Below are positions 1 to 12,145 of a DNA stretch of 64,000 nt, in pieces. Position 1 is the stretch's first letter, and every line of letters begins with the position of its first letter. Below the pieces are notes generated by a model. The model saw only the letters and a list, made by a program, of their open reading frames with translations, made no database searches and was not told where the DNA came from. The translations under genes were made by a program, and so were the position numbers. The stretch is from an uncultured delta proteobacterium (GTDB lineage Bacteria > Myxococcota_A > Polyangia > Fen-1088): assembly GCA_963796685.1 (NCBI GenBank), contig CAWCMR010000008.1:160001-224000 (forward strand), written 5' to 3'.

Positions 1-156
1 TCTGCGCGCTCGCTTCGCAAACCGTGCCCGCGCCAGCGTCGCATGCCGATGCCCGCCAAACGCACTCGGCCATACTATCACGGCGGCGACGATGTAGGCC
101 GCATCCCCACGCGTGCGCAGCACGTTGGCAGCGATCGCAGCATCGTAAACGAAACG

Positions 157-3100
157 ATGGTGTCGCGACGTTTGGCAAGGGCTGGCAAGCTGGCGGGGAC
201 GGTGCTCGGCATTGCCCTCCTCGCCGCGTGCGTCCTACCGCCGCTCGTGGCGACGCCAGTCGCCCATTGGCTGGTGTCGCACCTGAGCACAGCCCGGTGC
301 GGCAGCTTTGCCATACGCCGCGCGCACCTCGGCTGGTCGACCGCGTTCCGGTTGATGGCCGGCCGGCCCGTGGTGTTGACGCTGCAGGATGTCGCGATTG
401 CCTCGCCGTCCGGCGAGCGGGTCTTCGCAGCGGCTCACATCGAGGCGAAGCTCGCCCTGGGCCTCATGCCGCCGCGGATCGAGCGAGCATCGGTGCAGGT
501 CGCCGACGGCACGTGGCGGTTGGCGATGGAAGGTGCCGACACCGGCCTCGCCAATGCCTTTCGCGCGCTCCCGGCGGAAGGGCGACAGGCCTGTTTGGCA
601 CCGTCGCGGATCCAGCCACCGAGCGCCCCACCGACCGAGACAACGCCCGTGCACGTCAATCTTCGCGTGGTGAACCTCGACGTGCGCCTGGAGTTCGACA
701 CCTGGGCGCTCGCCCTCACGCACGTCGCCGCTCTTGGCAGCGTCTCCGTCAACGGCCCGTTGGCGTCGTTCCTCTTCGACGCGCGCGAGATATCCGCTGC
801 GAGCAGCCGACTGCGCATCGGCGAGCCGCACGGCCATGAAGCGGTGGAGATCCCGTTCGACACGGTCGCGATCACGCGTGTCGGGGTCCTGCCCAGCGCC
901 CCGACAGACCTGCTGCTGGAGGTTCGCGTGGCGCGCACGGCACGCGCACGGCTCTCCGGCCGCGCGGTGTTCACCGGGCTCTTCCCGCGGCCGGGCCGTG
1001 CTGCGCCCGAGACCGGCATCCGGCTTGATGCGCGCTGGGCGCACTTCGGCGACGTGCTCGGCGCTGCCGAAAGCACGTGGCTGCCGCACGGGCCATGGAC
1101 CAAGCGCTTCGACGGAGAGCTGGCCGCCGCGATGAACGGGCCGTGGAAGGGCCTCCATACGACCGTGTCCTTTCGCGGCCAGCACGGGCAATTGCGAGCC
1201 CAGCTGGGCCCGCGCGGGCGCGGCAGCGTGGCCCTGCACCTCGCCGACGTGGAGACGGGCTGGATGCTCGATCCTGCGCTGCGCCCCTTCCTGACCGGAC
1301 ACTTGGGCGGCAACCTCGACGCCCGGTTCCGACTCGCCGGTACGGTCCGCGACAGCGAGGCCGAGATTGGGTCGGCCGAGCTGCACCTGGATCGGGCAAG
1401 CTCCGCGCCGGGGCCGCGCGTGGTCGAGCTGCGAATCGGCCGCGCAGGCCGCGCCGAGAGCAGCGCGCGCCGCCTGGCAGCGAGCGTCGCCGTCGTCCGC
1501 CTACACGATGGGACGGTGAAGCTGGGTGGCGCGCGCTTTGCCTGGACCGGGATCGCCGGACGGGCCGACGTCGCCATCGCGCTGCCCATGCGGAGCCGGC
1601 GTGGCAGCCGATCCGCGTGGGAGAACCGCTCGGTGATCGACGCGCACGGCAGCGTGCGCGTCGCATCTCCACATCTGTGGAATACGACCTTGCCAGCCAC
1701 GGCGACGCTCCATGTGCTGACCACCGTTCGCGGCACGTTGAAGGCGCTCCAGCTCGGCGTCCAGGCGCGCCCCGCGACCATCGCCGCGTTCGACCAGCGC
1801 TTCCATCTGCCACCCAAGATAGAAGCTCAGTGGTCGGCGGCCGAGGGCTGGCGACTCGAGCCCGTGCGCCTGCGGCGCGACGGCGGCGGCAAGGTCGAGC
1901 TGTCGGGGCGAATCTCGGCGAACGGCGAAGTGGACGGACGCGTGCGCATGCGCGACTATCCGCTCGCGGCCCTGCCTGCACCCGCGCATGCTTCCGCGCT
2001 GCGCGCGCTCGGCGGGACGCTTGACGGCGAGATGGAGCTGGGTGGAGACGTCGCCTCACCCACGGCCGAGGGCCGACTGAGCGTCGAGAACGCCACCGTC
2101 GAGGGACACGCGATCGGGCCGCTGGCGGCCCGGGGACGCCTGGGCCGCAGGCACGGTTTCGTGGTCGCCAAGCTGGGCCCCGCGACGGCGGCGACCGTGT
2201 CCATCGAGCGCCGACCCAGTCTGGCCGTTCGCGCCCGTCTGCGGCTGGACCGCCAACCGGTCAACGCCTGGCTGCCAGCGCCCCTCGGCTCGGTCCCGCT
2301 GCTGGCGTCGGGCACCGCCACGGTGGCGTACCGCCGGGGCAAAGCGGTGCTGGGAACGGGGCGCTTCGAGGTGCGCGGTCCGCACGGCCTCGACCTGCTG
2401 GTTGACGGCAAGAGCCGAAACCGCCAAGTCGAGGGCCGGATACGCGGGAGCTTGGACCTTGCAAGCTGGCAAGGGCTGTTGCGCCCCCACGTCACGCGTG
2501 CGACGGGCACCTTGCACCTCGATGCGCGCGTGGAACGGGGGCCGGGCTTTCCGAGTGTTCACGGCTCCGCGGTCGTGGCCAAGGACGTCGCGCTCGGCCT
2601 GTCGGGTTGGCGCGCACCCCTGACGATCGCCGCTGGCGGAAGCGTTACGCTCGACGGGGATGACGTGACCACGCTCGGGCTCGATGTGCGCGCGGCGGGC
2701 GTACGCGCCCACCTATCCGGGCACGCGCATGTCGAGCGCGACCAGATCGCCGAGACCGAGGTCGGCGTCGCGGTGTCGGCGGATCTCGATACCGCGGCGT
2801 TGCCCTTCGACGTCCCCGGCGTCCGAGCCAGCTCGGGCCATGTGCGCGTCCAGGGCACGGTCGACGGCCCGCTCGCCAGCCCTCGTCTCGACGGACGTGC
2901 CGCCATCGACGACCTGGCCCTGCGCCTTTCCCGCCCGGCGCTGCCGCGCTTGCGCGTCCGCGGCCAGTTGCGTGCGCAAGACTCGACGCTGTCGACCGAA
3001 GGGCTCGCCGCCCAGATCGCCGGCGTCGGAACCCTGCATGTTGGCACGCCGACGACGCCGGCCCATGCCGAGATGCTGTCCCTGATCCCCTTCACGCTCG

Positions 3101-3558
3101 GACGTGTCGACGTTCCGCTCGACGCCGAGCACCTCCGGCTGGGCAGCCGGACGTCCGCCCTTCGCATAGCGGATCTGAGCGCACGCGCGCGCCTGGTCGG
3201 GGACGCGCGAAGCGAGCTGCGGCTGGTCGGCGAGATAACGGTCGCCCACGCCTCCTACGACGTCCGTCGCGGCACTGCGGTACGGACAAAGTCCGAGACT
3301 CCGTGGTTCCATTTGCTGCCACCGCGCCTGACGCTGGATCTCGACGTGCGCGGCGCCAACCACGCCCTTGCCGTGGACGTGCCGTTTCTGCCCGACGTCG
3401 CCGTCGACTTTCATTGTCGTCTGGTCGCGAGCCATCACGGCGCCGATTGGACGGGGGAGGTGAAAGGAGACTCCCTCTACTCCCGCGCGGCCCTCGCAGC
3501 CTACGACTGGCTCAGCAGCAGCGACCTCGCCGGCTGCGGGCTCCCCGCGCGCCGATGA
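157..3558 (+). CDS. Large AsmA/TamB-like beta-rich envelope protein
   Basis: About 1130 aa. N-terminal TM anchor (GTVLGIALLAACVLPPLV), then repeated amphipathic beta-strands with TamB-like 'GxLxxPxLxG' motifs (e.g. VQGTVDGPLASPRLDGRA). Start is uncertain; the ORF opens at 43. Confidence 0.65.
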   Translation: MVSRRLARAGKLAGTVLGIALLAACVLPPLVATPVAHWLVSHLSTARCGSFAIRRAHLGWSTAFRLMAGRPVVLTLQDVAIASPSGERVFAAAHIEAKLALGLMPPRIERASVQVADGTWRLAMEGADTGLANAFRALPAEGRQACLAPSRIQPPSAPPTETTPVHVNLRVVNLDVRLEFDTWALALTHVAALGSVSVNGPLASFLFDAREISAASSRLRIGEPHGHEAVEIPFDTVAITRVGVLPSAPTDLLLEVRVARTARARLSGRAVFTGLFPRPGRAAPETGIRLDARWAHFGDVLGAAESTWLPHGPWTKRFDGELAAAMNGPWKGLHTTVSFRGQHGQLRAQLGPRGRGSVALHLADVETGWMLDPALRPFLTGHLGGNLDARFRLAGTVRDSEAEIGSAELHLDRASSAPGPRVVELRIGRAGRAESSARRLAASVAVVRLHDGTVKLGGARFAWTGIAGRADVAIALPMRSRRGSRSAWENRSVIDAHGSVRVASPHLWNTTLPATATLHVLTTVRGTLKALQLGVQARPATIAAFDQRFHLPPKIEAQWSAAEGWRLEPVRLRRDGGGKVELSGRISANGEVDGRVRMRDYPLAALPAPAHASALRALGGTLDGEMELGGDVASPTAEGRLSVENATVEGHAIGPLAARGRLGRRHGFVVAKLGPATAATVSIERRPSLAVRARLRLDRQPVNAWLPAPLGSVPLLASGTATVAYRRGKAVLGTGRFEVRGPHGLDLLVDGKSRNRQVEGRIRGSLDLASWQGLLRPHVTRATGTLHLDARVERGPGFPSVHGSAVVAKDVALGLSGWRAPLTIAAGGSVTLDGDDVTTLGLDVRAAGVRAHLSGHAHVERDQIAETEVGVAVSADLDTAALPFDVPGVRASSGHVRVQGTVDGPLASPRLDGRAAIDDLALRLSRPALPRLRVRGQLRAQDSTLSTEGLAAQIAGVGTLHVGTPTTPAHAEMLSLIPFTLGRVDVPLDAEHLRLGSRTSALRIADLSARARLVGDARSELRLVGEITVAHASYDVRRGTAVRTKSETPWFHLLPPRLTLDLDVRGANHALAVDVPFLPDVAVDFHCRLVASHHGADWTGEVKGDSLYSRAALAAYDWLSSSDLAGCGLPARR

Positions 3559-3656
3559 CCCGTCCATGAATTGGACAGGTCGGCGGAAGCCGAGCCAAAG
3601 GCTCGGCCGCAGGTGGGGTGAAGTTCGCGAAATCCGCGAATTCACTTCGCGGACGA

Positions 3657-3681
3657 GGGGCGGGCCGCGGCCCGCTCCTTT
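3657..3681 (+). terminator. GC hairpin with a short T-tract between convergent genes
   Basis: ggggcgggcc-gc-ggcccgctcc followed by ttt; further hairpins at about 3588-3650. Confidence 0.4.
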
Positions 3682-3695
3682 GAAATCTCGCAAGC

Positions 3696-4110
<415 letters not shown>

Positions 4111-4251
4111 CGGCCCGGACCCTGGCTGCGCGCGCCGCCACAAAGAAGCCGAGACATTTTGCCATGAGGGGCGTTTTGCCATCCCGACAAGCGCTTCGAA
4201 CGTGCGCGGTTCCCTCGGATGACGCTCTCGAACAGCGCGATTTCTTCGGCA

Positions 4252-4267
4252 AGGCACGCGACTTGCA
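4252..4267 (+). promoter_or_regulatory. Candidate sigma-54 (-24/-12) promoter
   Basis: AGGCACGCGACTTGCA (GG-N10-GC) upstream of the 4379 gene; tandem TTTTGCCA repeats at about 4157-4181 could be an activator site. Confidence 0.5.
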
Positions 4268-4378
4268 TTTACGGGTTACACCCACTGAGGTTCACCTCTT
4301 CCGAGGTGCGCGAGGCCCTTATCGAGAGCCGGCGAGCTCCCTCGGAGGGTGGTGGAAAACATCAATGGAGAAACATCA

Positions 4379-5143
4379 ATGAACGATGGGGGAACGACAA
4401 TGGAAACGGAAACTGTTGGTCAAAACAAAGGCTTATACGAAGACCTATACCGTGAAGGTGGAAGGCAGCGATTATCCTCGCCGACCGCGCTGCGACAGAT
4501 CAAGGAGGTCGCAGCAGGCGGTTCTTCCGCAGGGGCCGTCGCAGGAGTCGGGGCCGGCGTGCTCGCCATCCTCGGTTTGGCGGGAACACTGCCCCTCTAC
4601 ATGATGACGATCGCCATAATCGCGATTGGGGTCGGCTTGGTCGCGGAGGGAATTTCGCTCCGCTCCGCTCTTGTCAAAATCGATCGCCAGATCATCGACG
4701 ACCACAGCCTCGTGGCAGGCTCCTTCGGATTCGAGAGCATGGCGGGCACGGTAGGTATTGTCCTGGGCATATTGTCTCTGCTCGGGCTTTTGCCGGGGAT
4801 TCTGATACCGATTGCCATCATCGGCGTGGGTGGGGCCATGGCGTTCGTGGGTCCGATTCGAGCCGAACTGGACCTCAATGCCCTGGAGACCGGAAAAGTC
4901 AATCAGACGGTTCGGCGCTTGGCCGCCCAAGCCCTCAACACCTCGGGTGGGCTTTGGACCCTGACCGGGCTTGCCGCGGTGACGCTTGGGATTCTCGCTC
5001 TGCTTCACTTCCCGGGTGCGCCCGTACTGGTGCTTGTGGCCCTGCTCGGGCTCGGTAGCGCCCTGTTTCTCGGCGATGTGCTGCTACTCTGCCGCGTAGG
5101 CCTGCTTGGTCGGGTGGCAACAATGACAAGTGTCACCCATTGA
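4379..5143 (+). CDS. Hypothetical multi-pass membrane protein
   Basis: About six hydrophobic Gly-rich helices arranged as three similar hairpin units; GGAG upstream. Confidence 0.75.
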   Translation: MNDGGTTMETETVGQNKGLYEDLYREGGRQRLSSPTALRQIKEVAAGGSSAGAVAGVGAGVLAILGLAGTLPLYMMTIAIIAIGVGLVAEGISLRSALVKIDRQIIDDHSLVAGSFGFESMAGTVGIVLGILSLLGLLPGILIPIAIIGVGGAMAFVGPIRAELDLNALETGKVNQTVRRLAAQALNTSGGLWTLTGLAAVTLGILALLHFPGAPVLVLVALLGLGSALFLGDVLLLCRVGLLGRVATMTSVTH

Positions 5144-5204
5144 TTGATGGCAGGAGCTCGATTCTCCGCCCAGAGGCAAGCTCAGATGCCACCAGTCGAT
5201 GCTG

Positions 5205-5257
5205 CGCAACCGCGCGCGGGAGCTCCGATTCTGCGTCGGAGCTCTCGCGCGCTTGCG
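5205..5257. other. Long intergenic hairpin
   Basis: cgcaaccgcgcgcgggagctccga / tcggagctctcgcgcgcttgcg inverted repeat. Confidence 0.5.
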
Positions 5258-5322
5258 GATGCCGCGAGGAACGGTAAATTCCGACTCGTAAGATGCGATT
5301 TCTGGATAGGCGCTGGAGTTTT

Positions 5323-6090
5323 ATGATGACGTTCAATCACCTACTGGTTGCCACACTAGGTGCGTCCCTGTTGCTCGCATCACCAGTTCGCGCCGCACCT
5401 TCTGCCGCGCAGGAAGCACCGGCCACATTGTCGCCGCCGGAAGCGGTGAAGCCCCCGGGCCCCGCGCCGACACAAACGCCCCCGGCCCCGCCTGCCCAGC
5501 CTCCTCCGCCTCCCCTCCAAGAACAGCAACCCCACCCGCCTGCGGCGGTTACGCCGTCCGCACAAAACCCACCGGCCGGACAGTGGGTCTACACCAGCCA
5601 ATATGGATGGGTCTTCATGCCCTATGGCAACCAATACGTGGATGAAGGCACGCCCGACGATCTTTACCCTTACGCTTATGTCTATTACCCCGACTACGGT
5701 TGGACCTGGGTCGCATCACCCTGGCTTTGGGGCTGGGGGCCGTACCCATACTTCGGGCTCATCGGGCCATGGCATTTCCGCTGGTACGAAGGGCTACACC
5801 GCAGCGGTTGGGCTTGGGGGCGCTACCGAGGCGGTGAGCCTCACTTCGGCCACTTCAAAGAGGGACTCCATGCGCGCTGGGGAGGTCTTCCTCGCGGGAG
5901 AGCGCTCGGACATCCCGATGGCCTCGGCCGATTCCGCGCCCAGCCCTTCCGCCGCGAGCCTGGCCCCGCCCTCAGGGGAACGCGCGAAGAGCATCCCCAT
6001 AGCGCCATGGGAGGCGGCTTCCACGGTGCCGGCCTCCATGGCGGTTGTGGCTTCCACGGTGGTGGCGGCTTCCACCGCGGGCGGGGTTAG
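5323..6090 (+). CDS. Secreted Pro-rich / aromatic-rich (YGW-type) protein with a Gly-His tail
   Basis: Signal peptide (...ASPVRA), Pro-rich linker, GQWVYTSQYGWVFMPYG...YGWTWV core, and GFHG repeats. Confidence 0.75.
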   Translation: MMTFNHLLVATLGASLLLASPVRAAPSAAQEAPATLSPPEAVKPPGPAPTQTPPAPPAQPPPPPLQEQQPHPPAAVTPSAQNPPAGQWVYTSQYGWVFMPYGNQYVDEGTPDDLYPYAYVYYPDYGWTWVASPWLWGWGPYPYFGLIGPWHFRWYEGLHRSGWAWGRYRGGEPHFGHFKEGLHARWGGLPRGRALGHPDGLGRFRAQPFRREPGPALRGTREEHPHSAMGGGFHGAGLHGGCGFHGGGGFHRGRG

Positions 6091-6108
6091 CTTGGCCAGG
6101 TGGGTCCG

Positions 6109-9100
6109 TCAATAGCGCTTGGTCCACAGCAGATCGAAACCACCAACGCCCGCATCGCCATATTCGGATTGCAGCGCCCACCGGCGGGATATCCGATACT
6201 CGATATCGGCCTGATTGCTGTTCTCGTTCTCGCCTGCCCCGAAGATGTGCGAGTAACCCACGTAGATCCGGCTCGTGATGTTCTTGCCGAGCTCGACCCG
6301 AGTGGCCAAGGGACCGGCGCTGGTGGGCACCAGCGGCGCCGGCTGCGTGGTCGGCGGCGCCACCTTGCTGATTCGGAGCACGCCGGCACCGAGTGCGGGC
6401 ACAATCCGCTGGGCGAGATTTCCAATCAAGGCCGTCGAAACCGCAGACAGCGCCGCTGCGCTGAGATCGGAGTTGCCCCCCCTGGGCGTGCTCTGCTGTG
6501 TCCCGGACAGGACCAGGCTCATGAGCTTCCGACTTGCTGTAGACCGGAGGCTCACTCGCGAAATCCAAGACCGGCTTACCCGCGGTTCCGTGGATCGATA
6601 GCACCACCAGGACATCCGGGAATCGACCGGTGAGCCGAACGTCGAGCGCGGGGTCGAGGCTGGCGCCATTCCACATCAAGCTCGCACGATCGAGCGCGTA
6701 GCGGTTCCCGAGAAAGAACACGGTTCCCCAGTGGGCCACCACTTGCCCGGTCAAGCTGGTCTTGCCCTCCTCGCGCTCGAGCTCCAGGTCGACCATGAAC
6801 GCGCCATGAAAGTCCTGTCCCTGTACCTCGAGATCGCCGGCACGAATCCGGACACGTAGATTCGCAGGCAATGGCCCCTGTGTCTCCTTGGCTGGTGACC
6901 GGGGTGTAGACGCCTGGCCCACGAAGGTCACATGTTGCATGGGGGTGAGACTCTGCAGATTGCGTCCGGTCTCCAGGCGAGGAATATCGAGCTGCGCGCT
7001 CTTGGCACGGACCGTGAGATCGAGCCGCCCGTCGTTCACCACTCCGTTCGCTTGCAGGTCCGCGTCGATCGTGCCGGTCGCGATGGCTTCGGTGCTCAAG
7101 GGAAGGTGCTGCGCGCGGAGATCGAGGACCAGCGAGGCCAAGTGCCAGCCCGCAAGGCCAATCTTGCCCGTCGCCGACAACGAGCCGGACCCGGTTTCTG
7201 CGTGCAGCTTGTCGATCTCGATCCCGGCGGGCCCCACGCGAGCCTGCAGGTCGATCTGCCGAAACACCGGCTGATCCGCCACGCCCAGCTTCCCTCCGGT
7301 CAGCTCCAGCTCCCCGCTCAGGTGGTCCGGGCTGGGCTGACCCTGGAACGCCAATACCGCCCGCAGCTCGCCACCTGCCACTGCCAGGCCAGGGACCAGC
7401 CCGGTGAGGAATGCGAGGTCGAAGTGGCTTGCCTCGAGGTGGCCGCGAAGTGGCTCGCCCCGTTTCCGCCCGGCAGTCATGCTCAAGCCGCCTCGTCCTC
7501 CCTGCTCGGCGGAGACGCTCGCCTGCCAGGCCTCGGGACGGTAGCTCCCCTGTGCGCGCAAGCTGACGAACTGCACGCCGTGAATCCAGGCCGGCGCCAT
7601 CGACATCTCGGCCAACAGGCGCGGACTGGCGACGGTGCCGGTGATCTTCCCATGCCCCGACACCCGCCCCTTCGAATCCACCAGCTCGGGGAATGCGCCG
7701 GCGAGGCTCTCGATGCCGAGGCCGGGCATGTCCACGTGGAGATCCAGCGGCCAGTCGACCGGCCACCGCTTGGCGCCGTGCCAAGGCTCGCGGCCTGGAA
7801 CGACCTGGCCATGGGCTGCCAGCAGTGGCTGGCCATGCACCTGACTTTGCAGCGAAACGTCGGCAATCCCGCGCTCCAAGGTGGCGCTCACCTCGGCCGA
7901 GAGGCCGGACAGTCCTCTCCAGCTTACTCCGGTAAGCTGGCTATCGAGGTGGAGCACGGGCTGCGCCAAATCGCCGCTTCCGTCGAGGCTCATGCTCACT
8001 TCCCCCGATTGGATGGGTAGGCGAGAGAGGAGCGCACCGGGAAGCTCGTCCAGCCGAGCCGCCTGCGCGGCAACGTGAAACGCGATGGGTCCGTCGCGCG
8101 CCAGGATGGGCAGGTATTGCCCGGTCCGGAAACGCACGGGCAAAGTGGCCGTTGCGCGCAAAGCCCGGCGAGAGGCCACGTCGACGCGGGCTTCGGCCTT
8201 CAGAATCCTTCGTTGTGAGCGCCAGCTCGATGTCGGCGTTCGCCGGGGGAGCCTGGCGCGAAACCCGAATCCGCTGCGCGGCCACGTGCAAGTGCGCAGC
8301 TCGCTCGTACCTGCCCCTTTCCTGGTAGTCTCCGTCGGCCAAGAGCACCCCGCCCAGCGCCGAAACGCGCAGCCCGCTGAGCGCGAGCCGACGCCCGCGC
8401 TGCCAGCGGACGGTGGTGGGCCGGCGCAAAGAGAAAGCCCGTTCGCCAATCCGTGCCCGCAGCCGGGTCACAGTCACCTGCGCCGAGCAATCCGTCGCCC
8501 TGCCTGTCGCCGCGAACTTCGCCTGCCCCATACGAGACCCGACACTTCCCGATACGGCAAGGTGCGAGCCTGCAGCGGTAGCCTCGAGGCGGAGGTCGCG
8601 GATGAACGCCTTTCCCGACCTCAAATCCCTGGCTACGAGGTGAATACGGCCCTTGGGAAGAGGAAGGCGCCCCGTCGCTTCGACTTTCAACTCGACCGCA
8701 CCGGCCTTCTTGTCCGCAAAGCCGAATCCCGGGCCAGGATGGTGGCGCGCAGGTCTTCCAGCGTGCTTGGAAGATGCGCGCGCAAGCGAAGGTTAAGCCG
8801 GGCGGTTCCCCGCAGCCCACGCGGAAGGTAAGCCACCCGCTGGGGACGACGGACCGAGGCATCGACATCCAAGGCCACCTCTCGCTCGCTGCCGCTGCCC
8901 TTGGCCGTCGCAGAGACCCCCGGAGCCTCGACGGCCAAGCTCTCCAACCGCCACGCCTGACCGCTGAGGCTTCCGCGCAGACGGGCCGTGAACCCGGTGA
9001 CCTCGGCCAACGTCGAGGGCAGGATCTTGGCCCGGATGGTGGCGCTGGCAGAGGGACTGAGCGGCAGACCTTGTCCGGAGATTTCACCGATGAGGCTCAC

Positions 9101-10021
9101 CTCGCCGGGCGGCAGCAGGCCGTTAAGCCTCGCGGGATCGACGTGCGTGGTTTCGATCTCCAGCCCGTAGCCCAAACCATGCACAAAACCCAGGGTCCCG
9201 TGCACGCGAGCCTGGCCCTCCCCTGGCAGCCCGACCTGCACCTGCATGGCCAGGGACGGAAAGGCCCCCGTGGCCGAGCCGTGGAGCTCGAGCATTCCGC
9301 CTGGCACCACGCCCCCCACGGTCAGACGCGAGAGGAAGACCTGGATGTCCTTCTCCGACCATTCCCCGGCAGCGTCGAGCGTCACGCTCAGGTTACGCCC
9401 GCCCAGCCCGCCTTGTGCCTTCAGCTTCACCGAGGCATGGAAGCTTCCGCTGGCGTAGCCGACGCTTCCCACGGCGTCGACATCCATCGCCTCGACCTTC
9501 GGTCTCTGCCAATGGAGCACTCCGTCGGTGAGCGCGAAGTCGTGGATCTCCCAGGCCCAGCCAGCGCGCTGGCTTGCCTTGGCGGATGGCTGCGGTGCCC
9601 CGCCGCCCGCGAACAACTGCGCCAGGTTCAGCTGGCCGTTGGCCAGGGAGCGCGCCTCGACCTGCGGTTCGGCTACCAGCAGGTCACCGACGCGGAGCTT
9701 GCGTCCGAGAAGATCGCGCAGATCGATACGGCCCCGCACCTTGGCGATGCGAACAGCGGGGCGCCCCTCCCGATCCCGAGCGATGACCTCCCTGAGCTCG
9801 ATGGTATCGGGCAGCGTCAGCCGGAAGCCGCCGAGGGACAATCCTGGGATGACCTTTCTGAGCTGGCTTTCCACCCGGTCGCGCAACCAGGCGTGTCCGG
9901 CCGCGGTGTGTATCCAGACCCACAATCCGGCACCTCCGGCCGTCATGCTGGCGACCAGCATCAGGATGAAACCCAAGAGCAAACGCCAACCTCGGCGTCT
10001 GCCTGGTCTTACGCGCGACAA
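6109..10021 (-). CDS. tamB: Translocation and assembly module TamB (three apparent frameshifts at about 8726, 8205 and 6526)
   Basis: Four ORF pieces join into a TamB: N-terminal TM, beta-taco repeats, and a DUF490-like C-terminus (GTAGKPVLDFASEP...VELGKNITSRIYVGY...GGFDLLWTKRY). It lies downstream of an Omp85 gene, with an AGGAGG RBS at the TTG start. Confidence 0.85.
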
Positions 10022-10083
10022 AGCTCCTCCTTTTCTTCAGATGCTCGTCGGCGGGCCAGGAGAGCTGCCAGGAGCGTTTTCTT

Positions 10084-10200
10084 CCTGCGAAACACCTCGC
10101 CCCGCGTAGCGGGGAGAGGTCGCCGAGCGCAGCGAGGCGGGTGAGGGGCTGCCACGTTTCACCTCTGAAGGATCAGGGCCGCCGGCCGGCCAGGCGGCGT
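10084..10200. repeat. REP-like palindromic element, copy A
   Basis: cacctcgccccgcgtagcggggagaggtcgccgagcgcagcgaggcgggtgaggggctgccacgtttca..., near-identical to 15408-15540 and 52878-53150. Confidence 0.9.
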
Positions 10201-10203
10201 CGC

Positions 10204-12145
10204 TCAGAAGGCCTCACCAATGGTGATGTGAAATGCCAATCGCTGGCCGGGGTCGGGATTGGGCAGTCCATCGGGGCCGACCCCGCTCAACCGGTTCAGG
10301 CGGAATCCCGAGCCCGGCTCGCAGGGGACCGACCGGGGTCTGGTACAGGAGATCGGGACCGACGGCGATGTGCAAATCGGACAGGTGCAACTGCGAGACC
10401 TCAGGCACCACATCGCCCGCATCGATGAATGGCACGAAGGCCAGGGGATTGCCCCACAGATGAAACGTTCCCAGCCGCAACTCGGCAGAGAAGAGCACCT
10501 CGCCATCCCCGCCCACGGGAACCCGGTTCCCGGTCGTCAAATCCACGGCTTGAGGTGACAGGCGTCCGTAGCTGAAGCCACGTTGCGCAGACGGCCCGCC
10601 CATGAAGAACCGGCGCGTGATGGGGCTGTCGTGGGTGCGAGAGCTGGGAAAGACGCCGCCGAGCAACGCACGCCCCGCCAAGGTCACGAAATCTCCCAAT
10701 GGAACGTAGACACGTGCCTCGGGAACCACCTTGGTATAGGTGAAATCGCCGCCCAGTTGCGGCAGTCCCACCTCGAAGTGCGTCGCCAGCCAGACACCCT
10801 CGTGGGGATTGAGACGGTCGTCCCGCAGGTCGAGCTCGGCGCTGGCTTCGATGTACGCCAGCCGGTAAGGATTCTGAAAACCAAAACCGAGCGGCGTCGT
10901 CACCGGATTGAAGGCTGTGGTGTCGATGGAGAAGAACGTGAAGTACTGCAGGTTCCACGCGGCCGAGAGCAAGAGCCGGTCTCGCCATACCGGCCGTTCC
11001 ACCCCCACGACGGCGCGCGGGCCTTGGTAGTCGTAACCCTCTTGAATCTCCACCTGATACCCGACATTCACCTGGGCCGTGATGGCGCTGCCGAGGAGGT
11101 CGGGTTGCACGAGCTGGGCCAGCACGTCGACGGCGAAGCCTTGACGTCTCGAATTGGTGAATCCCGGCACCAGGACGTAGGCGGGTTTGGCCGACAAGCG
11201 CAGGGTGCGCATTCCCCCGAGAAAATCGTGGGACGCCCATTCGAGCCGCAAGCGAAACTCGTCCCGCTGCTGCTCCACCCCGACGCCGCCACCCAGGCGC
11301 AGCTCGTGCAGTTGCTTGGCCGGCTCGACTTGCACGGTCACGTCGGCCACGGGCTGTGGCACCGCGGGAAGCTTGATCGCCACGGCCGAAAACACCCCCA
11401 AGCCATAGAGGCGACTTTCACTGAGGTCGAGCTCGTGTGGCGAGAAGATGTCACCGCTCTCGAAGGTCAGCCGCCGACGGATGGGACCGACGGGCAAACC
11501 GTCGTTTCCGGTCACGTGAATGGCCCCCAGGGTCACCTTGGGACCGAGCGTGACCTCGTACAGTAGCCTCGCCTCATGCTTCTCGCGGTCCACGGTCGCG
11601 TGCCCATGTACCTCCGCGTAGGCATACCCGAGCCTTCTCAGCTGGTCCCGTAACCGACCTTGCGTCGAGGTGAAGTCCGCATAGTCGAAGATGCTGCCTA
11701 CGGGGGGTTCGATTTGGTTGCGCAAATGGCGCTGCTCCGGCTCGCCGAGCGCACTCAACCCGGACAGGTCGACCTGTACGACCTTCGTCGGCAACCCCGC
11801 TTCGAACGTCAGGGTGACATCCACACCGTCCTTGTCGTACGGCTTCACGTGCTCATCGACCACCCGCGCGTCGAAGTAGCCGTGCTCCTGACAGTAAGCG
11901 ACCACCCTCTTGCCGTCCGCCCGCAACGCTGCCTCGGAGAACTCGTGCCGCGTGGCAAACGGCCACCACCCCGTGGCCTGCAGGGCCAGGTGCTTGCGCA
12001 GGTCACCGGTCGAGAGCTTCCCTTGGCCATGGAGGGTCAGGTTGTGAACCCACTTCTCCACCGGCGCCGCCGGGTGGCTGCACCCGGAAAGATGCACCGC
12101 CAGGGCGTACAACAAGCAACGCTCGCGCCAACGCTGCGCCCACAT
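10204..12145 (-). CDS. tamA: Omp85-family TamA/TamL-like outer-membrane assembly protein (frameshift at about 10305)
   Basis: POTRA motifs (GYFDARV, GYAYAEV, LGVFSAV), barrel motif RFFMGG..QRGF, TPVGPLR and a terminal IGEAF; LSGC lipobox. Confidence 0.85.
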
